From contig JAUCBJ010007043.1 of the NCBI GenBank assembly GCA_032718475.1, positions 175,404 to 239,403 of the forward strand: DNA of 64,000 nt, written 5' to 3'. The notes below the pieces were generated by a model. It saw only the letters and a list, made by a program, of their open reading frames with translations, searched no databases and was not told the DNA's origin. Position numbers and translations under genes: made by a program. This document shows positions 22,979 through 37,033 of this stretch, one piece after another. Source of the stretch: Nemertoderma westbladi (Eukaryota > Animalia > Xenacoelomorpha). The stretch's first letter is position 1. Each line of letters opens with the position of its first letter.

Positions 22979-24183
22979 ATCTCTTGCAGAGAGTAGGGTC
23001 GTCTAAGTTCGCTATCTTCTTAGAGATTCTGGATTTCCCGATCGAACTGAGATAAAGCTAATTCGTTTACCACTTGGACTTGCTGCTGCAATTTACGTTT
23101 CTCTAAACAATCGTAGGTTCCTTTTCCGATCTTTTGTCGAATAGTGTCTAACGCGTTTCGTACAACGCTCTCCTCGACTTCGGTGACGGGTTGTATCGGG
23201 GTTAAACCGGGACGATTGTATGGGTTGAACGGCGATATTAGATGTCCGCGTCCCAATCCAGCTAGGTAGGATGGGCGAATATCTAGAGAGCCCACTACCG
23301 GAGTGCCACCGATTAATTGTTTGGGTAACACAAGATCTTTGAACAGTGAGTACAGTTCAGGAGGATCCGTTATACTATTAGGATCAAGAGTTTGAGGTCT
23401 CACTAGGGAATGAGGAGGTCTGACCGAGTATTCAGGAACTCTGATCATGGGTTTATTTAAGGATCGTTTGAGTCGAGCGAGCGTAGGTGATACGTCGAAC
23501 AAGTTTCGCTCGAAACACCCGTAAGTATAGCGAGTAAAACTGTGTTTAGCGCAACATCTCCGCGGATGTTTATGTCTTTCCGTTTGCTGGTAGGGTCTAG
23601 GGCATTCATCGCAATAATACCAAAGACGCACATCCTGTAGGGGAAACGCGGGTGATTGTTCTCCAGTTTTACAATATTCCTCCATCTGTTCGAAGCTATC
23701 CGGGACAACAGGTAGCGGTCGATCGGCGGTAAGATACATCATAGTGAAATAGAGCCGTTTGAGTTCTATCATAGGGTCATGATGTATACCTTGAGGATAT
23801 CGAGTTTCTAGATTTTGTTGACTGGCAATATTGAGATATGTTTCTCTCAATAATTCCAGATATTCGTTAAAGTCACTGCGTTTATCCTTCTCTTCGACGT
23901 CTTCTCTTTTGAGTCGGTTTCGAATAGAATTCTCGTGTTCGATTCTCTGTTTGCCGTTTCGACTCCGCTGGGTATGATATTTAAATATAACCATTTCCCT
24001 TTCGGTGTCTACATCGTCCGTATTGTGTAAATCGATAGGCTGACCAGTAGTTAAGAAGTCCATATACATACCATTACGATGCGTATAGCGAGCGGTGAAT
24101 TTTCTATAGTCCAATTCTCGCGTGAGTTGTTCCTTTGACATTGGCGGTTCGATATAACGGCCATCGTCCTCCGTAGTAGTTGG

Positions 24184-24395
24184 TGTGACTGCTCTGGAAT
24201 AGGCCATGGCTCTGGTGATGGGATGATTGAGGTGATGTGACAGTACCGGTTCCTACTGTACTTATGTATAGCAGTATAGGCCTAGCGTTAGAATAGGAAG
24301 GACTGATTTATGCAAGTATGTGATTATTGTCTAAACCAATATATACATTATAGCATTATAGAACTGAGTATTATGTTATGTTATGATATTTCACA
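24184..24395 (+). repeat. Copia 5' LTR
   Basis: TGTGACTGCT...TATTTCACA; identical by eye to 29431-29642. Confidence 0.95.
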
Positions 24396-24657
24396 TTTGG
24401 TAGCAGAGCGTGGTTATCAGCAATAAGAAGATGTCTGGATGTGTAAATCGATGTACCGGTCACCCGGTAGATGTACAGATGTATGTATACTGGTATATGG
24501 CAAATCTGCAAATTGCAGAACTGGGAACTCTAAATTAGGCTAGACATAACTACAACTGTATTAGGCAGTTAGGCCTATTGCTATTAACGGCGCGGTGCCT
24601 GTTTGTTATTACAATTAATTGAATAGAATACGGTACCGGTACCTTCTAAGTTTTAAT

Positions 24658-27600
24658 ATGGCAACTGGAGGTACAGGTAGACCTACCGGTACAACTGGGA
24701 TGACTGGTGGTAGTGTAATGTGGAAGATTCCACCAGCGCTTAAAGATAAAGCCAGCAGGAATGAATATGAACAGTGGAAGTTCGACATAGAGGTATGGTC
24801 CGAACTAACAAGTTTACCAGCGGCAAAACATGGAATGGCGGTTTATTTGGAGTTGAAAGGTAAGCCTAAAGATGCTGTATCCTCACTTAGCGTTGATCAG
24901 GTAAAACAGGCTGACGGACTTGCTCATGTGTTACTGAAACTTGATAAGTTACATTTAAAAAAAGATTCACAGGCTGCGTATCAGTCTTATGCAGAATTTG
25001 AAGAATTTGTTAGAGATAAAGATAGTTCGATTGAGAATTTTGTTATCGATTTTGAGCGTCTTGTTGAAAAGATGAAAAAATACAAAATTGAATTACCTGG
25101 GCCTGTTTTAGCTTATAGGCTGTTAAAAAGTGCGAATATTCCTAGAGATAAAAAAGATTTGGCTCTGGCTACGACTACAGAAATAAATTATGAGGGAATG
25201 TCAGACACACTTTTGAGGATATATGACATTGTACTGCAAGGAAGTACCACTAGTGGTATTAGTGTGAGTGCTACCGGTAGTGGTACTGGAGGAAGAGAGG
25301 ATAAAATTAAGATTGAACCGGTGGATAGTGATGCAGAGATATTGTTTGTGAATCATCGTAGAGGAGGTTTTTATGGATCTAGGAGGGATCAAAGAGGTTG
25401 GGTTCAAAGGGGTAACTTTAATCGAGGTTCAGAACGGGGAAGATATTTACAACGAGGTCCGACATTGCAATTCAGAGGATCGGGTATCAGTACTGGTAGA
25501 TCTGGCCAACCTAGTTTCAGGGCTCGCCAAAATGTAGTTGATTCAAGTGGATATGTGCGACGTTGTTATAATTGCAACAGTACAGAACATTATGTGGCTC
25601 AATGTCCTGCACAGCAAGCTGTATTTCTTGCTGATAGTTATAGAGATAATGCAGATTTTAATGACAATTATGATAATACAAATGGAGAGAGAGTGTTTTA
25701 CACATTTTTTCAATCATGTGAGGGGATATCTTTAGGTGAAACTGTTAATGGGATCAGTAATGTTGATCGGCTTATGGAATCCGTGTCAGAGGTTGACTGC
25801 CTGTTTGTAAAGGAGGCTTTATCGTGTGCAATTATAGACACTGGCTGTACGCGTACAGTTTGTGGGCGAGATTGGTTGAATAGATACAGGGAAACTCTCA
25901 GTGAAGAAGATGATAGATTAATAGAAATTACATCTTGTTGCACACCTTTCAAATTTGGAGTTGGAAACCCTGTTATATCAGATACATTGGTTAAAATACC
26001 AGCATTTCTTAGGCATCTTTCAGTGTTTATAGAGTGTAATGTTGTTGACAATAATCTGCCATTACTATTAAGTAATACATCACTTAAAAAGGCTGGAGCT
26101 TCTTTATGTTTTACTACTAACACGATTGAACTTTTTGGTACCAAATTGAAATTAGATCTTACGTCCACAGGTCACTTTTGTTTACCGCTGAATAATTATC
26201 GTCGATCGATATCAAATATTCCTGATCAAAGACCAAAGTTGGTTTTTAAAGTGACCCCATTAAAAGATAAGAGTGATTCTGATTTAAGAAGTGATGTTCT
26301 TAAACTTCATCGTCAATTTGCACATGCAGATGCTATTAAATTGAAATCTCTCCTTAGAGATGCCAGGATTTTAGATAAGAGGCTTTCTTTGACAATTGAT
26401 GATGTATGTTCTGTTTGTGAGGTTTGTCAGAAATACAAAAAGCCTAAACCCCGACCTATTGTAGGGTTGAAGCGAGCACATGAGTTCAATGAGGTTGTGG
26501 CAATGGATCTGAAAGAAATTCGTCCGAGAGTATATATTCTTCATCTTATAGATTTAGCATCGAGATTTTCTGCAGCTTGTTTGATTTCAAATAAACAGAA
26601 GGATAGTGTCATTAAAGGTTTATTTAAGACATGGATATGGTGCTTTGGGGCTGCAAAGAAATTCATGTCTGATAATGGAGGGGAATTTTCTAATGAACAT
26701 TATAGAGACATGTGTCAGAATTTTAATATACAACTACAAGTATCGTCAGCAGAATCTCCATTCTCCAATGGGATAGTGGAGCGGCACAATGCTGTGTTAG
26801 CAGAAACTTTAGAGAGAACATATCAGGATTCAGGCTGTGATTTAGAAACTGCCTTATATTGGGCCCTAAGTGCCAAAAACTCACTTCAAATGGTACATGG
26901 TTATAGCCCTAATCAACTAGCCTTTGGCCGCAACCCTACTTTACCAAATGTGTTAGTCGATGAATTACCGGCTCTAGAAGGGAGAACCTGTAGTAAATTG
27001 GTTGGGTCGAATATCAATGCTATGCATTTAGCGAGAGAAAATTATATCAAAGCTGAATCTAGTGAGAAAATACGACGAGCATTGAGACATCAGGTACGTA
27101 CCAGCAATGACGTCAGTTATAATAATGGAGATAAGGTTTATTTTAGAAGAAATAAACATAAATATTGGAGTGGACCAGCTATTGTTCTAGGGCAAGAAGG
27201 TCAAACAGTTTTAGTTAAACATCAGTCTGAGTATTATCGAGTACATCCCTGTCATTTAAAGCATGTAAAATCTGTTACATTTGGACAAATGGATGACTTG
27301 CACAACCCTGTGGAGAAAAGTTCGAAGGAGGAAAGTGGAAGAGGTTCTATCGATAAGTCACCCCTGTCTGTTGTCAATACAGATATAAACGATTTCCAAT
27401 CGAAACAAATTGAGGTTCTTTCAGATAATGATACTGCTGTTCTAGATGAGGACAGCCAAGTTAACCATAATAATACAGAGAGATTAGTAGGATGTGATGA
27501 TGTGGCAATTCTGGAAAATAATGACAATAGTGAAATTACAGTTCAAGGTTCAATGAGTAAAGATGCGGAAATACATTCTTATAAGAATGGTTCAATAATC

Positions 27601-29325
27601 CCAAAGATTCGAAATACTGTTTTATTTCGACCGTATGAATCTGAACAATGGAAGGAAGGCAAGATATTAAGCAAACTCAAGTCAACTGGGAAGTATAATA
27701 CATTTGTAAACATTAAAGTTGCTGATGAAAAGGAGCCAAAATGTGTAGACTGGCCAGATTATGTGAGTCAATGGAAAATTAAAGATGAAACCTTAAACGA
27801 AGTTTTAGTAACCACTGTTACCCATAAAACTCATTCAGTGCAGGAAATAATGGATGCTAAGGTAAAAGAACTGACAAGTTGGAAAGAAAATGATGTTTAT
27901 TTGGAGGTTGATGAGATAGGTCAAGAAACTATTTCAATAAAATGGATATTAACAGAAAAAGAACTCAATGGTCATAAATTTGTGAAGGCAAGGCTTGTAG
28001 CAAGGGGCTTCGAAGAAATTACAGATGTTCGCTGTGATTCACCAACATGTAGTAAGGAAAGTTTTAGGATGGTTTTGGCCACAATAGTGAGCAACAACTG
28101 GGAACTCAAGTCATTTGATGTTCGTGCTGCCTTTTTACAGGGAAACCCTATTTCACGGGAAGTATATGTTCAGCCTCCAAAAGAATGTCACATTCCAGGG
28201 AAAATATGGAAACTAAAGAAATGCGTTTATGGATTGGTCGATGCGCCTAGAATGTGGTACACACGATTTAGGGACCAATTGTTAAAATAGGGCATGACTG
28301 TCAGTAAGATTGATCCGGCAATGTTTATTTACAAGATATCGGGTACATTACATGGAATTGCTGTGACCCATGTTGATGATATTGTTTACAGTGGTACAGA
28401 AGTTTTTGAGAGTCGGGTTATGAGGAAAGTTCGATCAACATTTCTATTGAGTCATGAAGAACTTGGTACCTTTAAATATATAGGCTTAGATTTGATTCAA
28501 ACAACTGAAGGTATAACTATTAGCCAAGACAACTATATACAAGAGCTACAGGAAATTGAGGTACCATCGCATCAGTACAGTGAAGATAAACTAAATGATA
28601 ATTGTAAAAAATCATTAAAAACTGTATTGGGACAACTCATGTGGATCTTCAATCAAACGAGACCAGATATTGGATATGAGATCTGCATTTCAAGTACTAA
28701 TATTAAAAATGCGACAATAAATGTAATACGTACAGTTAATAAGGTCATAAAGGATATTAAATACGAGAAACTGGATGTTTATTATCCCAATCTAGGATCT
28801 ATTGAAAATTGTATATTACAGGTGTATAGTGATGCATCATATGCGAATTTATCAGATGGATCATCACAGGGTGCATTCATTATATTTCTGACTAATCGAC
28901 GAGGTGTTTGTCTGCCATTGGCTTGGCAAAGCAGAAAATTACGAAGGGTGGTGAGGAGTACATTAGCTGCCGAAACGTTAGCTCTGGTGGAAGGGATAGA
29001 TGCTGCTGGAGAGATTTTAGCTATTGTGGAGGAAATTCATGGTGTTCAGCTCCCGTTGGTGTGTTTAATTGACAACAGAAGTCTATTTTCGGCAGTCCAA
29101 ACTACGAATGTCGTTCAGGATCGCGGTCTTAGGGTTGACATTGCCTTTCTCCGTCAGAAGGTAGAACGGCACGAGCTTGAAATTCTTTGGGTAGAAGCTA
29201 AAGAGCAAGTGGCGGACTCGCTGACCAAAAGAGGGGCGTCTAAAACTCTTCTACGTGGGGTATTGAAATCAGGGCAATTACAAAATCATTCTTATTTGGG
29301 ATGGTGTAATAAAACTAATGAGTAA
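24658..29325 (+). CDS. Copia gag-pol polyprotein with one in-frame TAG at 28288-28290
   Basis: CYNCNSTEHYVAQC knuckle; IIDTGC protease; HRQFAH...CEVC plus MDL/SDNGGEF/VER integrase; KARLVARGF, YGLVDAPR, HVDD RT; YSDAS...ADSLTK RNase H. Confidence 0.93.
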
Positions 29326-29430
29326 TATCACTAACTCAAAACTCATAGATGTTATTTGTTACAAAGTTGGGGGAGATATACATATTGATTTATTCTGTAC
29401 TGTTTTCATTAATATTGTAAGAGGGGAGAT

Positions 29431-29642
29431 TGTGACTGCTCTGGAATAGGCCATGGCTCTGGTGATGGGATGATTGAGGTGATGTGACAGTACCGGTTCC
29501 TACTGTACTTATGTATAGCAGTATAGGCCTAGCGTTAGAATAGGAAGGACTGATTTATGCAAGTATGTGATTATTGTCTAAACCAATATATACATTATAG
29601 CATTATAGAACTGAGTATTATGTTATGTTATGATATTTCACA
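29431..29642 (+). repeat. Copia 3' LTR
   Basis: Direct repeat of 24184-24395, follows the PPT. Confidence 0.95.
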
Positions 29643-31017
29643 GTTGGACTAGCGTCGCCGCGTATTAAACTATCAACAAATGCTTGCAATGGTAGGGTAT
29701 ATCGCTCCCTGATACCAAGATCATCTTCTATCAACTCAGTCATAGCTGCTATATGAGTTTATCGATATTATAATTAATTATAATTAGGCTAGCGGTCGTC
29801 GCTGCCTACCCCTCAATACCCCCGGACAGCGCAAGATCCTCAGCGCTGATGTACTGTCGTTGCTGTGCCTATCGCCAACGTAGTAGCTACACAACGACCA
29901 CAATAACCAGCGCGAGTCACTCCACTGTCCGTCCCAAGGGCTTAGATTTACTTCAGGTTCTTACTGCAGAGGTAGGGCTACTTTCACAACTGCGACTCGC
30001 TACTGTAAACACACTTTAGTAGTAACATTCACCTATAAACGCACAAATTCCACACAACTGTCACAAATTGTACACATTCGGGCCATTTGTCCGTTAGTCA
30101 AGTGCCTTCCAGAATGCCACGTTATTATTATGTATCCCTGGATACTAGCAGTGTGCTATTTATTCCGTATGCTATTCAATGGGGCAAGCTTTCTATTGTT
30201 CTTTTAACTCGCTTCTAATTCTAGTGTGGTTGTTGCTATGGTGACATTATGGAAAGCTAGCAGTAGAATTAGGGTAATTCTCATGCATACAGATCTGGGA
30301 TGCTATTTAATAGTAATTCTTTAATTGTCAATATTCCCCTTTATACATGATTGTATGAATTTTATCGGCTATTGACTATATATTGGAGATTCTCTCACGC
30401 TAATATACTTAATAGGATGAATCTCCGCTCCCATGATCTATTAATTAATGTAATTTTGGGAATGTTATAAATTGTATAAAATGACAATTTATTAAATTCA
30501 TGAGAGGATATGAATTTAAAATTTATTCCCGTAAATTTTATTATTTAATATTAAAATAGACACAATTTTATTCCAGAACACGTCTGGGAACTAGGATCCT
30601 CAATTCTAGAAAATTTGTCTTTTTAAGAGTATCGGTAAGTGCTACGATATCTTAATCGACTAGAATTTTAAAGGATCTAAATTTCAACAGATTTTAATTT
30701 ATAGATTTTCTAGAGTAAACTTGTAAGCATTTACTCTATTATATTTGTTTTAATAGATTTTTATAAATATTAAATATTTAATATTTAAGATGGGCACCGA
30801 TTTATTCCAGAACATGTCTGGGGACGTTAACCACTGATTCTAGAATTTTGTCTTTCAAGTATATCGGTGGGTGCCGCGATATCTTAATCGACTAGAATTA
30901 CAGATGGTCAAAAGGTTTAACAGATTTATTTTGCGTTTTACTCTACTGTTAAAGGGACATCACGCTACTATATGTATTATTTAATATACGGTATGAGAGC
31001 AATATTGCAAGAAGCAA

Positions 31018-34000
31018 TGTCAGTGAGAAGAGGCAAGTCGTTTCCAAGGTCTACCCAGAGCTTGGTTTAGCCGAGACACGAGGATCTGAACTTTGCATTC
31101 CTAATACTCTACTTACCAATAATACTTGAGTATAGTAGGAGCTTTATTGTACTTTAATAAGTACGGAGATTTCATCTTACTGTAGTCACGCATATATAAT
31201 ATGATACGGACAGTAAGGAAAGAGAAAAATAATTATTTCTCGCCGTTGCACTAAATATAATATTAAGTAATTAAGTAATAAAAACGAGTATATATTGCAC
31301 TAATCTACTAAATAATCGCTAAAATAACATTCTACTAAATAAAATTAAAGAAAACGATTATAATAAAATTACGTAATAATACATACATAAATATAAAAAT
31401 AATAAAAACATATAAAATAATATAGTCACACACCCACTCCAGACACGGTTACGTTGGGGAGTCCCTAGATGTTTGTTGGATTAGGGAGGTGGTCATGGGA
31501 AGAGTATCTTGCCTTCCATAGTTTCCGGATAGTTCTCTGTCTCTTTCCAGTAAACATAAACGACCAACTGGGCGATTGAGCTGTTGTGTTTCGAATACAA
31601 TTCCAGGTTTCTTAAAGTTACGTCGCATGACGACGAGTTCTACCAATCACACTAAACCATCATCAGATATATGAGTCTCGATGATACAACCTGTCTGCCA
31701 CCGCTTACATGGAAGATCTGAGTCCACAATAAGGACCATGTCTCCAGCGCTGACGTTTTCTTGCTGCGCAAACCACTTGGTTCGAAGTTGTAGCGTAGGC
31801 AGATAATGTTTTTTGAAATGGTCAGTGAAACAACGGGATAATAACTGCATAAGTTGCCAAGTTTGTCGGCAGTGTTCGTCTCCGTCCGTGATTTCAGATC
31901 GTGGGAGCATGGTTACAGGTTTCTTCAGTAGGAAATGCGCGGGTGTTAGCGCTTCTAGGGAGTCGGGACTCGATGAGACTGGCATAAGCGGTCTCTCGTT
32001 AAGATAGGCGGCGATTTCTTCCATTAACGTCTGTAAAAGTTCGTCGGTGAGATACGCGCGGCAAGGCACTATAAAGTTAAATGCGGTCTTCACGCTCCTT
32101 ATTAATCTCTCCCAACTTCCTCCCCACCAAGGGGCGTCAGCGGCGTTCAAAGTCCAGCTAGATGCTGTTACCCTTAGCTGATCGTCCACCTGTCTTTGGT
32201 TCCAATCTTTAACGTAAGCCTTGATCTCATTATTGGCGCCAATGAAGTTCGTTCCCTTATCAGATCTCATCGTGTTGCTAGTTCCAAAGCGAGCGATCTG
32301 TCGGCGTAAACTCAGTATGAAGCTGTTGGTAGATAGATCGTTCACCATATCTAGATGGATCGCTCTACAAGTCATACAGACAAAGATGACACACCATCGC
32401 TTGACTATAGTCCTAGCACGATATACTTCAATAGGGCCAAATAAATCCACACCGGTATTAGTAAAGGGTGGTTCATAGAAGCTTACTCGTTCCCTAGGTA
32501 ATTCTGCCTCTCGCTGTGTTAAAGGCCTACTGAATGCTTTCCTACAGGGTATACAGTTCCTAAGAACTTGGTTCAGAGCTCTACGGGGTTTATGGAAATA
32601 ATAGCGAGTTCGAATTTCGCTAAGATCTACCAGCATGGTAAAGCTTACTGTGAACATCTACAATCATCTTGATTTCTATTTCAAGATTTCTAATGAGTAT
32701 GGGAAACTTAGTGTCAAAGGATAATGGAGCATTAGTTAATCTCCCTCCAACACGTATTAACCCATCTATCATTGTGCTAGAGAAACGATCCCTTAAGCGC
32801 GTCTGTGGATTTCTCAACAACAGGAAATACTTATTGGAATCTTCATAGCATTGCAGAAGTCTCAGTATCTGCTTATTTGTTTCTTCATGCTCCTGGTAAC
32901 TGATCTTCTCCGTCAGAAACCTATCTGTTACTTTATATTTGGGAAGATCTTTAATAGCATGGACCTGCTTGGATGTCGGTGGAGCGGTATCACTAGCGAT
33001 CTTCGTCCTGGAGTAGTGATGATGGAAGCATTGCTTCAAATACACAACGGCCTTACAAAGCCGATTCCAGGAGCTATAGTGATTTATCGCTCTCTGCAGG
33101 AGAGGTGAGAGTCCATGCGAAACGTCTGGTGTTCCAGATTTCCAGTCTCTTTCTCTAATTTCCATGACAGATTTATTTGTGGCGGGGGAGTTTAGATCCA
33201 CAGCGTCGTCCCCGGAAATGTGTAGTACAGACAGATCTATCACGTGTTTAAATAACTTTGATTTACTTGTCCGGGTTTTAGGTTTGACTTTCTCCGCTCC
33301 CTTGGCTTGTCTAATCTCAGCCGTGGTAAGATGAGGAGGCCATTCATCTTCTACTTTACTTAGGAAGTCGGGTCCACCTAACCAGTCTGGAGTATCTATC
33401 AGTTCTTTAGGAGTTGCTCCTCTGGAGGCGATGTCAGCTGGATTAATCGTCCCAGGGCAATGTCTCCATTGATCTACATTAGTACGACTAAATAATGGCT
33501 ACTCTGTTGGTAACGAAGACGCTGAACTGACAGACTTCATTGGTTATATACTCCAAGACGAGTAAAGCATCGGTCCAATAGACAGTTTTCTCCAGTGGAT
33601 AGTCGATCTGTTCTGTTACATTCCGGCCGATGGCTGTAGCGTATAGAGCTGCCTTTAACTCCGCTCGAGGAACTCGTAGCTTGTTGTTTATCAAGGCCTT
33701 AGAGGTAACCAAGGCAACTTTGATTCCATCCGGAGTTTCAACCCTCAGGTAGGCTACTATACCTATTCCCATATCGCTGGCGTCTCCAAACACATGGAGT
33801 TGATAGGAATACGTGGGGAGAACGTGACCAAAATATGAACGGGAAATCGTAAAGTTCTCGATGGATGGTAGAGAATCTTCCCATTTCATCCACTTCTTTG
33901 GTAGTTCTCCCTTAAGTGGATCGTCCCACGAGTGGTTTTCAAGCCACATTTGTTGCACTAAGCTCCGAGCAACCAATATAACTGGGCTAATAAATCCCAA

Positions 34001-34975
34001 TGGATCGAAATAAGTGCTCAGGATACTTAGACAAATCCATTTAGTTAGAACTGGATTATCTCGCTGTTTTAGCTGGAAAAACAGGATATCTCTCTCCGTG
34101 TCCCATTTCAGACCAAGCGTCTAGGTTTCCGGAAGATCGTCCTTGATAAGGTCCAGGTCTTTAACCCCTCGGTCTTCTACTGGGATTGATTCCAGAAACT
34201 CACGGGAGTTGCTAGTGAATTTGGTTAGTCGAAATCCACCGTGTTTCAAGCACTCTACCGTTCCCTTGGCAACATCAATGGCTTCTTCCACCGATGGGAG
34301 GGACTTTAAATTGTCATCCATGTATATATCCCGTTTGATGTTGTCGATAACAGCTTTAGAGAAGGCATCTCGGTTGTCATCAGCAGTGGTACGTACTACT
34401 GAACAAGCGTTCGAGGGGCTCGAGATGATCCCGAAAGCCTGGATGGTCATCCAGTACTCCACCGGTTTTTGGTTGAGGTCTCCTTCAGGCCACCACAGAA
34501 ATCGTAGGCTGTCTCGATCCCTATCCAGCGCCTTGACTTGTAAGAACATGCCTTCTATATCCGAGGCGAAAGTGATATAATATTGCCGTAATCTTAAGAG
34601 TATTTCCAACAAGGATTGGAGTAAGTTGGGTCCCGGCAACAACTCAGAGTTAAGGGATTGGCCCATGTAAAGGGCAGAGCCATCGAATACTACCCGGAGT
34701 TCGTTGGGTTTACCGGGTTTGGGAACGTAATGATGTGTTAGGTAATACATTCTCTCAGTTATAGGTGTTTCTTCCGGTACTCGCTCCGCGTATCCCTTAT
34801 CGATGAATTTCTTCAGCTGGGTCTTATACATCTCTTTAGCTGAAGCATTGGCCGTAAGACGCCGATGTAGTTGCGCGATTCTCTTCTCCGCTAAAGGTCG
34901 GTTATTTATAAAGTTGGGTTCTCGCTGTTGGAACGGAAGACCAATCTCATACCTACCTTGATCTTTAAGAAAACG
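31018..34975 (-). mobile_element. Degraded, 5'-truncated BEL/Pao LTR retrotransposon
   Basis: pol fragments with stops and frameshifts; PPT-like GGAGTGGG then TGTGAC at 31430 (probable 3' LTR start); AATAAA at ~31148. The LTR end near 31018 is uncertain. Confidence 0.85.
31449..34970 (-). pseudogene. BEL/Pao pol (RT, RNase H, integrase) in several pieces
   Basis: GRYEIGLPF, LRVVFDGS, LLPGPNL, YMDD, QLHVFGDAS, VPRAEL, RVGGRL, TGVDLFGP, WGGSWERLIRSVK, LTPAHFL, RPVGRLCLL. Confidence 0.93.
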
Positions 34976-35400
34976 GGTTGTCGTTTCCTGAATTTGTTAG
35001 GCTCTACGGCTTCTTGAGTAAAGAATCGTACGGCGTGTTCATCGCGAATCTTATCGTGGTATCGATCTATCACCTCATTTAATTCGTCGTTGTAGTCGAA
35101 TTGTCCGCCATGATTGATGAGATGGCACAGGTGCACTTGGTTTCTCCAAGTTTCATTTTCGGTGAGGAGGTCGATTGTGTTTTCCTCGTCGAATAATTGG
35201 TGAATATCGTCATTATCTGGGCTTACGTCCTTCTGGGCTCCTCCCTGAGGCGCACCCACGAGGCGGACGCTGTCCCACCACCCTTGGGGCCAGTCCGACT
35301 GATGTTTTTATCAGACCGGGCCGGAGGGTAGCCCGATGCTTCCCGGGTTCAATTTTCAATCCCCCGATCACACCGGCACAGCTCGTCGCACGTGTAGCCA
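34976..35400 (-). mobile_element. Internal fragment of the 2.2-kb-LTR element family (copy 3)
   Basis: 35222-35400 matches 8829-9003 (inverted) and 62844-63022; continues into a unique open frame (DNDDIHQLFDEENT...). Confidence 0.75.
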
Positions 35401-37033
35401 GGTGTCCTCTTGTTTATAAATCGACTTTAGCCTATAACAATTATTTAGTGCACATGAAGTAACATTAGCCGAAGCCAGTCTATGCGCGATCATTCACCCA
35501 CTGTTAAGGAAGACTGGTTTCGGGTGCTTTGAAAGTTATTGCGGTGCAGACCTACTGTATTATTCGATTGATCGTTACTATATAATCTCTGACAATATTA
35601 TTCACTTTCGGGGAAATATTAACAGTTCCTTTAGGACGTGGCGCTTTAAGTATATAAACAGAGTTATGACTTATACTAAACACAACTAGATGGCTACTGA
35701 GTTTCGTAAATAGCGCATTCTTTAGGAGATGCTTTATTATCTGTCACACTACTGCACACTACTTCACAATACTTCACACTGATCTGCCGACCGTCACTGA
35801 ATTTGATCATATATAAGGAGGATAGCAACTGACACATGTAGGGATTATGAAATAGCATTTAATTCACACAAAACCACTGTAAGTCGCAATTGCTACCGGT
35901 AACCGGTCCCTCTTACCTTCAGTAATCAAGAAGATTGGGGGTTTTATGATTATTTATCGATATTCTCCAAATATATCAACAATATATCCATATAACAACA
36001 ATTAATAACAGACAGTAAACAGAAGTAAAATAATGCGGTGAAAGTCAGTATGTCGGTAGGTGCCGAGTAATGTTCCCAGTCAGATAATAGATTTACGTTC
36101 TTGTAATCAAAGCCGTCTAATGTTGGCCAAAGTCTGAAACTTCTACAGAAGCACAGAAGAATTTCTATGCCGGTGTTCCGAGGCTCAGAAAAGCTAAACA
36201 AAAACCGTAATGCATTGCGCGGTTTTACATAGGCCCTTGTCCAACATAAATTGAAAATCGCTCTGATTGGCTGAGCTGAACAAAGAGAGGTTCCACGTTT
36301 ACAGTAAATCAGCTGACAGATTTCGTCATCTGAGTTCCAGTCGTTTAGAGTATTAGGCGCATTGCGGCAGAAAATGGCTTGTTATGTCCGCTAAAGCACC
36401 TACACGGTACATTGCGGAGAAAATGGCTTGTTATGTCCGCTAAAGCACCTACACAGTATATTGCGGAGAAAAATGGCTTGTTATGTCCGCAAAAGCTTTT
36501 ACATGGTGCGTTTATAATAATAATGGTTCTTGTGTAACGATATGCAAAAAAAATTTTATTTTATTCATATTATTATTATCATTTTCTATTATTCCGAAAT
36601 AAACATCATTTCATAAAATACATACACTGTTCATATTCTAACATGGTGGATGCTTAAAATAATAGAATTCGTAGACAAATCAATTCTGAATGAATTTTCG
36701 TCTATATTCCATGTTAATTATCTGCATTCAACAGTGGTGAATTGGGGCATTGGGATCGGTCTAAATGGCAGCCGAGCACGCAAAACCCATAGAAAATTAA
36801 AGAGGCTAAACATGCAAGCTGACAAGTCTTGCAAGTCGTTAGGCCTCTTTTTAGTAGCTCCATTGGTGTATCATTGTCCTTGTATCTATAAACAGTAAAA
36901 ATAAATATAGAATAATAACATTACATAACTGCGGTACTCGTGTAGGCCTACTTTAAACTTTATTAATGTCGCTGTAATTTCCTTCTTTATAAACTTACAG
37001 TATTATACAGTAATACACTTTCGCTCCAACTAA

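Larger units (their letters stand above)
24184..29642 (+). mobile_element. Full-length Ty1/copia LTR retrotransposon, GalEa-like
   Basis: 212-bp LTRs (TG...CA), TSD GTTGG (24179-24183 / 29643-29647), PBS TGGTAGCAGAGC at 24398, PPT AAGAGGGGAGA, domain order gag-PR-INT-RT-RH. Confidence 0.96.
23020..29743 (-). pseudogene. Orphan ~420-aa ORF split by the copia insertion (parts 29743-29643 and 24178-23020)
   Basis: Removing the copia and one TSD restores the frame MTELIEDDLGIRERY...RGDASP-TTTEDDGRY. The track's start (MAYSRAVT) comes from the LTR. Confidence 0.7.

Noticed and set aside
24184-24207. ATG start of ORF 23020-24207
   Set aside because: Lies in the copia LTR; the native start is at 29743.
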